This document shows, piece after piece, positions 57,087 to 64,000 of a DNA stretch of 64,000 bases. The position numbers and the translations under genes are program-made. The DNA is from an uncultured Candidatus Saccharibacteria bacterium (lineage in GTDB: Bacteria; Patescibacteriota; Saccharimonadia; Saccharimonadales; UBA10212): NCBI GenBank assembly GCA_964400155.1, contig CAYNSQ010000001.1, forward strand, positions 31,938 through 95,937, written 5' to 3'. Position 1 is the stretch's first letter. Each line of letters opens with the position of its first letter. The notes beneath the pieces were generated by a model, which ran no database searches, was not told where the DNA came from, and worked only from the letters and a program-made list of their open reading frames with translations.

Positions 57087-58679
57087 GTGAAGAAGTGGCT
57101 TTTGGTAATTGTACTAGCATGTGCCCAGTTCATTATGGTGCTTGATAGTACAGTGATGAATGTATCTATATCTGAAGTGGTTGCCGACCTTGGGACTACC
57201 GTTTCCGGATTGCAAGCAGCAATAACTTTTTATACCTTAACAATGGCCGCATTTATGATGACGGGCGGGAAATTCGGCGACAAACTTGGTAGGTTAAAAG
57301 CTTTTCGTATCGGCGCAATAATCTACGGTATAGGGTCATTGATTACCGCCATAAGCCCTAACTTAGGGACACTTATGTTTGGGTGGTCTCTAGTTGAGGG
57401 ACTTGGGGCAGTCTTAGTGATTCCTGCTATCGCTGCACTTATCGCTATGAACTACAAAGGCAAAGATAGAGTAGTAGGTTTTACTTTAATTGGCGCTGCC
57501 AGCGGAGTAGCAGTCGCTGCCGGTCCGCTTATAGGTGGCTATGTCACTACTTACTTTTCTTGGCGGTATGTTTTTGCGGCAGAAACCATAATAATGGCAG
57601 GGATCCTCCTATATTCATTTACTATACCTAATCTGGAGAAAATTAAATCCAAAGTTAAGATTGATTTGTTAAGCGTTATATATTCGGCAAGTGGAATGGC
57701 GATATTTGTATTTGGTATACTGCAGAGCAAAACCTGGGGATTCGTTATACCCAAAGCCAAACCTGAAATTAACGGAAATGAGATTGCTCCACTTGGAATT
57801 TCTATTGTGGCCTATTTAATATTACTTGGCCTTATTATTCTTTATGTGTTTTACAGACGACAACAATCACTATCTCAAAAAGGCGAGAACCCGCTCTTAG
57901 ATGTATCTATGCTAAATATAAAGCCATTGCGCGCAGGACTTGGGGTATTGAGCGGGCAGTATCTTATAACTGCCGCTATTTTCTTTGTCATACCAATTTA
58001 CCTTCAAATGGTACTTGGTTATGACGCACTAAAAACCGGAATAAAAATATTTCCTCTATCCATTGCTATAGTAATATCCTCTATGGTTGGGTCAAAAATG
58101 ATAAACAAATTTAGTCCTAAACAAATAATTCGGATGGGGCAAATTTTATTAATTTTTGGTTCATTTGCCTTGCTGGGATCTATAGAACCTGATATTGAAG
58201 GTTGGTTGTTTGGCGTATCACTGTTTATAGTCGGGTTGGGGCTAGGACTGCTTGTTTCCCAGATTGGCAACGTGACCATGTCTGCGGTGTCAGAGACTAA
58301 ATCAAGTGAAGTAGGAGGACTGCAGGGAACATTTCAAAACCTAGGATCCTCCCTTGGGACTGCCTTGGTTGGTTCGGTAATGATTGCTTCATTGACTACC
58401 ACCTTTGTCCAAACAATAAATGATAACCCTTCAATCCGGCAAAATGTTAAGACTAGTATCTCTGATAACAGTACTGCTGGTATTCCTATAGTTTCAGCAA
58501 GCGATGTTGAAAGTGCTGCTATAGAAGCCGGTCTCAGCCAATCAGAAGCTGAGTCGATAAGTTCAGACTATAAATCATCCCAAATCTCTAGCTTAAAAAC
58601 ATCAATGGTCTTCTTAACTGGCCTTGCCATACTGACATTGCTTCTATCTAAAAATATTCCGAATAAAAAACTAGTTTAA
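57087..58679 (+). CDS. MFS transporter (DHA2/14-TM type)
   Basis: AQFIMVLDSTVMNVS, GGKFGDKLGR, GPLIGG, QNLGSSLGTA. Confidence 0.93.
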   Translation: MKKWLLVIVLACAQFIMVLDSTVMNVSISEVVADLGTTVSGLQAAITFYTLTMAAFMMTGGKFGDKLGRLKAFRIGAIIYGIGSLITAISPNLGTLMFGWSLVEGLGAVLVIPAIAALIAMNYKGKDRVVGFTLIGAASGVAVAAGPLIGGYVTTYFSWRYVFAAETIIMAGILLYSFTIPNLEKIKSKVKIDLLSVIYSASGMAIFVFGILQSKTWGFVIPKAKPEINGNEIAPLGISIVAYLILLGLIILYVFYRRQQSLSQKGENPLLDVSMLNIKPLRAGLGVLSGQYLITAAIFFVIPIYLQMVLGYDALKTGIKIFPLSIAIVISSMVGSKMINKFSPKQIIRMGQILLIFGSFALLGSIEPDIEGWLFGVSLFIVGLGLGLLVSQIGNVTMSAVSETKSSEVGGLQGTFQNLGSSLGTALVGSVMIASLTTTFVQTINDNPSIRQNVKTSISDNSTAGIPIVSASDVESAAIEAGLSQSEAESISSDYKSSQISSLKTSMVFLTGLAILTLLLSKNIPNKKLV

Positions 58680-58695
58680 TCTAAATTAATGGTTT

Positions 58696-59118
58696 TTATC
58701 TATGATGGCGTTTTTTCAAACGTGCGACTTGCAACTGAGCGCTGGAATGTCTTAACAATCTTTGTGCTTCATTTAGAGCAGTTAATGATCCGGCCGATTT
58801 AACTGCTTCTTCAGCTTTTTTCATTGCTGCTTCTGCTTGTGCCTCATTTATATCGGCGCTTGTTGAAATGTCTTCAGAAATAAATCGAATTGACTTACCA
58901 TCTGTTTCTAAGATGCCACCGTTGATAGCAAATCGCTCCATTTCATCTTCTGTGTCACTACTTTTTCTGCGAACGCTTAAAACTCCGGCTGATGCGGTAC
59001 TAACAAGTGGCATATGGTCCTTAAAAATTGCAATTGTTCCAGTCGGAGTTGGTATTAACACTTCGTAAGCTTCGTCGTCGAATTTTGATCCACCTGAAGA
59101 TACTAGCTGAAACCTCAT
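58696..59118 (-). CDS. atpC: ATP synthase epsilon subunit
   Basis: PTPTGTIAIFKDHMPLVS, INGGILE; follows atpD. Confidence 0.93.
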   Translation of the reverse strand: MRFQLVSSGGSKFDDEAYEVLIPTPTGTIAIFKDHMPLVSTASAGVLSVRRKSSDTEDEMERFAINGGILETDGKSIRFISEDISTSADINEAQAEAAMKKAEEAVKSAGSLTALNEAQRLLRHSSAQLQVARLKKRHHR

Positions 59119-59120
59119 TG

Positions 59121-60590
<1,470 letters not shown>

Positions 60591-60607
60591 TTAATCAAAA
60601 TTCAGCC

Positions 60608-61477
60608 TTACTGGGCGATGGCTGCCGCTCCTCCCGTTATCTCGGCAATTTCTTGTGTAATAGCAGCCTGCCTTGTTGCATTCAACTCTAGAGTCAGATC
60701 ATCTATCAAGTCTGACGCATTTCTGTTGGCATTGCCCATCGCTACCATACGCATAGCATGTTCTGATGCAGCTGATTCAATTCTTGCCTGCATTAGTTTT
60801 GCTTGTAGAAATAACTTTAACGATTCAACAGAAACTTCCTCTATGCTAGGTTCCATCTCATAGACAGTATCCTCTTTAATGCTATTATCTGAATCTGTTG
60901 CTGGCAAAATAACCGGTAATAAGTTTTGTACAGTTGCTTGTTGCGATAGTGATGTAATAAAACTTGTATAAACAATCTTTAATTGACTTACTTCTTGGTT
61001 GAGCACTTTTTTATCTATAGTCTCAAAGACTGGAGCAAAAACATCCATTGAGGGCATATCAGCAACATCTTCATAGACTCCGATCAAATCAATTCCATTA
61101 AGCTTTGAGAAAAACTTAGAACCTTTGCGCCCGAATACAACAACTTGAGGAGTTAACTTATCCTCTTCAAACAATCTTAGGCAACTGTTAAATATATTTG
61201 TGTTAAAGGCACCAGCCTGGCCACGATCTGATGTAAAGACAATGTATAAGTTGGCTTTGTTGTTAGGAAGCTGAAAATATGAGTTTTCTGTAAGATCTGG
61301 ATTAAGCTGGATTCTAGCCATTATATTTGCTGCTAATTCACCATACGCTCTTGCAGAAGCTACCGCTCCCAGGACTTTTCTCATTCTTGCAGCTGCCACA
61401 ACTTCTAGTGCTTTTGTAATCTGCTTGGCGTTTTTTACAGATCGAATACGATGTTGAATCACACGAGTTTGAGCCAC
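60608..61477 (-). CDS. atpG: ATP synthase gamma subunit
   Basis: ITKALEVVAAAR, TSDRG, SEHAMRM, RQAAITQEIAEI. Confidence 0.98.
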   Translation of the reverse strand: MAQTRVIQHRIRSVKNAKQITKALEVVAAARMRKVLGAVASARAYGELAANIMARIQLNPDLTENSYFQLPNNKANLYIVFTSDRGQAGAFNTNIFNSCLRLFEEDKLTPQVVVFGRKGSKFFSKLNGIDLIGVYEDVADMPSMDVFAPVFETIDKKVLNQEVSQLKIVYTSFITSLSQQATVQNLLPVILPATDSDNSIKEDTVYEMEPSIEEVSVESLKLFLQAKLMQARIESAASEHAMRMVAMGNANRNASDLIDDLTLELNATRQAAITQEIAEITGGAAAIAQ

Positions 61478-61540
61478 TAGAAGCTACCTCCGTTATGTAC
61501 AGCTTTTGTATTTGGTAGTCTTGTAGCGGTCATTGTAATA

Positions 61541-63085
61541 CTAGACATCTTTAGTTACCTTGTATTGTTTTGCAATTTTAGAAGCAACATCAATTAAGTC
61601 TGCTTTGACTTTGTCAGTTGGTTTTTCACGTCCATCAATCATTTCAACTAGTTTCTTATGCTTTTGCTCGAGTGTACTTAGAAATGCTGCTTGGGCAGTT
61701 TTGACATGTTCAACATCAATTTCGTCAAATGCCCCTCCGGTTGATGCTATGATTATTGCCACCTGCTGCCATACTGACATAGGTGAAAATTGCGGTTGTT
61801 TCAAAAATTCCGTAAGCAATCGACCTCTTGATAGTCGGCTTTGCGTTTCGGCATCTAAGTCTGAAGAGAACTGAGAGAAAGCAGCAAGTTCACGAAATTG
61901 AGCTAAATCGAGTCGTAGATTGCCTGCAACGGCTTTTGTGGCGGGTGGTTGCGCAGATCCACCTACGCGACTTACTGACAGACCGACTGATATAGCCGGT
62001 CTAATACCTTGGTAAAATAAATCTGTTTCCAGATATATTTGACCATCAGTGATAGAGATAACATTAGTTGGAATATAAGCACTTACGTCACCTGCCTGAG
62101 TTTCAATTATAGGTAAAGCGGTTAGACTACCACCTCCAAGCTCGTCAGACAACTTTGCTGCTCGTTCTAAAAGTCGGGAATGCAAATAAAATACATCTCC
62201 GGGGTAGGCTTCACGTCCTGGAGGTCTACGCAGAAGTAAGCTCATTTGTCGATAGGCGACAGCATGCTTAGATAAATCATCGTAAATAATTAGCGCATGT
62301 TTATTGTTATCTCTAAACCATTCTCCTATAGCCGCACCGGAATATGGTGCTAGGTATTGCATACTTGCCGGATCAGAAGCACTAGTTGCAACTATAATTG
62401 ATTGATCCATAACTCCTTCACGTTTCAATCTCTCCACCAACCTTGAGATACGTGAGTTCTTCTGCCCTATGGCAACATAAATATTGATTACGCCCGTTTT
62501 TTGTTTAGCTTGATTGATCATCGCATCTACGGCTATTGCCGTTTTTCCGGTTTGTCGGTCACCAATTATAAGTTCTCGTTGACCTCGACCAATTGGAATC
62601 ATGGCATCAATTGCCGTAATACCGGTTAGCAGTGGTTCATGGACACTTTTTCTATCGATGACTCCTGGAGCGGTATTTTCTACCAATCCTCTTGTCTTGG
62701 TTACAATCTCAGCTTTACCATCCAAAGCTCGCCCAAGAGGGTCTACCACGCGTCCAATTAGTTCCTCGCCAACAGGAATTGATAGGACTTCGCCACTAAG
62801 TGTTACCTTGGCACCGGCTTTTACTTCTTGGTCATCACCTAGTAGCACTGCGCCAACTTCGTCTTCTAATAGGTTGAGGGCAAAGGCTGTTACTTTGCCT
62901 TTAGCGCCTTCAATTTCAATCATTTCAGCAAAACCACATTCTCGTAAACCATAAATCCACACCACACCGTCACCTACACGGGTAACTACACCCTGCGAAC
63001 TCTGACCACCAACTTCATTAAGGCCAGCAATAGCTTTTTTAACTTCATTTGATAAATCTTTAACGTCAAAATCAACAATAGCCAT
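61541..63085 (-). CDS. atpA: ATP synthase alpha subunit
   Basis: [30 protein letters not shown]. Confidence 0.99.
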   Translation of the reverse strand: MAIVDFDVKDLSNEVKKAIAGLNEVGGQSSQGVVTRVGDGVVWIYGLRECGFAEMIEIEGAKGKVTAFALNLLEDEVGAVLLGDDQEVKAGAKVTLSGEVLSIPVGEELIGRVVDPLGRALDGKAEIVTKTRGLVENTAPGVIDRKSVHEPLLTGITAIDAMIPIGRGQRELIIGDRQTGKTAIAVDAMINQAKQKTGVINIYVAIGQKNSRISRLVERLKREGVMDQSIIVATSASDPASMQYLAPYSGAAIGEWFRDNNKHALIIYDDLSKHAVAYRQMSLLLRRPPGREAYPGDVFYLHSRLLERAAKLSDELGGGSLTALPIIETQAGDVSAYIPTNVISITDGQIYLETDLFYQGIRPAISVGLSVSRVGGSAQPPATKAVAGNLRLDLAQFRELAAFSQFSSDLDAETQSRLSRGRLLTEFLKQPQFSPMSVWQQVAIIIASTGGAFDEIDVEHVKTAQAAFLSTLEQKHKKLVEMIDGREKPTDKVKADLIDVASKIAKQYKVTKDV

Positions 63086-63478
63086 CTAGAAAGCCTCCTT
63101 TAGCTGAATGAGTTTAGTTTTTATACTGTTGTCCCAGGACCTAGTAGCAGTTTGCAACCTAAAACCGCCAATCATACTTTTATCTATCTTGGACTCAATC
63201 TTTACACTTTCAACACCAACGCTCGACTTAACCAGTTCTGCAATCTGAGTCTCTAGAGTTTTTGTCAATTCATGAGCAGTCGTTAATTTAGCTACACTTA
63301 TGCGCCCCAATTCTTCCAACTCGTATAGAATGTCATTAACTAGAAGCTCTACCTCACTCACACGGCCATCAGCTACTAACACTCCAGCCATCTGTTGAGC
63401 TACTTTTGGTAGTTTGGCACCTTCCGAAATTTGCTCGGCACCGTAACGAGCTAGGGAACGACGAGAAATTTTATTCAT
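63086..63478 (-). CDS. atpH: ATP synthase delta subunit (short, 130 aa)
   Basis: TTAHEL, IDKSMIGG, DNSIKTKL; between atpF and atpA. Confidence 0.88.
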   Translation of the reverse strand: MNKISRRSLARYGAEQISEGAKLPKVAQQMAGVLVADGRVSEVELLVNDILYELEELGRISVAKLTTAHELTKTLETQIAELVKSSVGVESVKIESKIDKSMIGGFRLQTATRSWDNSIKTKLIQLKEAF

Positions 63479-64000
63479 TTAGTCTCCTTGATGGCATTGG
63501 CTATCAATTGCATGTCTGTCTTTGGATCTATCTTTTTTTCTAAAACCTTTTCTGTAGCAGAAGCAACCAAATCTGCAAGCTCTCCTTTGAGTTCACTGCG
63601 TAGTTTTTCACGTTCGTCAGCCAAACTTAGTTCGGCATCCTTGATAATATGTTTTGCTCGTTCTGCTGCGCTAAGTTCTGCGCTTGCTATAACTTCAGAT
63701 GCTACTTTTTTCGCATCACTTAGTGACGTGTCTGCTTGTATGCGTGCCTGGTTAATTATTTCTGACGCTTTTTTTTCCGCACTTGCAAGCGCTTCTTCAG
63801 TTTTTTTCGCCTGTACAAGACTTTCTTCAAGCGTTTCGCGACGAGCTTCTAGTGTAGAAACTAGTTTTGGAAAGACATACTTTTTTAAAATGACCAGAAC
63901 AATAACAAATGCAATTAACTGAAATAGGAAGGCCTGCAAGTTAATACCCAAAGCAGCAATACCACCACTTGTTTCGGCATCAGTACTTTCTGCAAATATT
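63475..64000 (-). CDS. atpF: ATP synthase b subunit (start likely beyond window end)
   Basis: LGINLQAFLFQLIAF TM + coiled coil; frame stays open upstream of 63951 to the window edge (IFAESTDAETSGGIAA). Confidence 0.93.
   Translation of the reverse strand, partial: IFAESTDAETSGGIAALGINLQAFLFQLIAFVIVLVILKKYVFPKLVSTLEARRETLEESLVQAKKTEEALASAEKKASEIINQARIQADTSLSDAKKVASEVIASAELSAAERAKHIIKDAELSLADEREKLRSELKGELADLVASATEKVLEKKIDPKTDMQLIANAIKETK

Overview
A 64-kb, moderately AT-rich core-genome segment using standard code 11 (TGA is a stop; tRNA-Trp has anticodon CCA). Gene content and protein style suggest Candidate Phyla Radiation/Patescibacteria, most likely Saccharibacteria; this is an inference. 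The window holds, in order: the end of the spc/alpha r-protein cluster (rplO', secY, infA, rpmJ, rpsMKD, rpoA, rplQ, rplM, rpsI); trpS, an RluA/RluD-family gene and holB; the fragmented ancestral tRNA-Thr/Tyr/Thr-rpmG-tRNA-Trp-secE-nusG-rplKA-rplJL skeleton with inserted cargo (GT4-GH57-GH15 alpha-glucan operon, dcd, a Tmk fused to a degenerate ThyX-like domain); dnaX-dnaB-ebfC-recR-cysS; two PimA-like glycosyltransferases; a complete cytochrome bo3 oxidase operon; pgl-gnd; an ~11-kb cluster of mostly uncharacterised membrane proteins (HdeD x2, DUF4203, mini K+ channel, AI-2E, GAP, SHOCT, DUF6325-like, MFS); and the F1Fo ATP synthase operon. Five tRNAs were found, and no CRISPR array, transposase or phage gene. 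The most notable signals outside the ORF track are: (1) a complete trpL-type attenuator with a near-leaderless Trp-containing leader peptide upstream of an unknown 70-aa ORF and trpS; (2) a highly structured ~170-nt element flanked by a duplicated tRNA-Thr 3' end; (3) a 49-aa Cys-rich ORF coupled on both sides inside the glucan operon; (4) a probable ATA start for cyoE; (5) pervasive leaderless promoters; (6) an A9 run in dnaX followed by an immediate -1 stop. All family assignments come from remembered motifs, not database searches.
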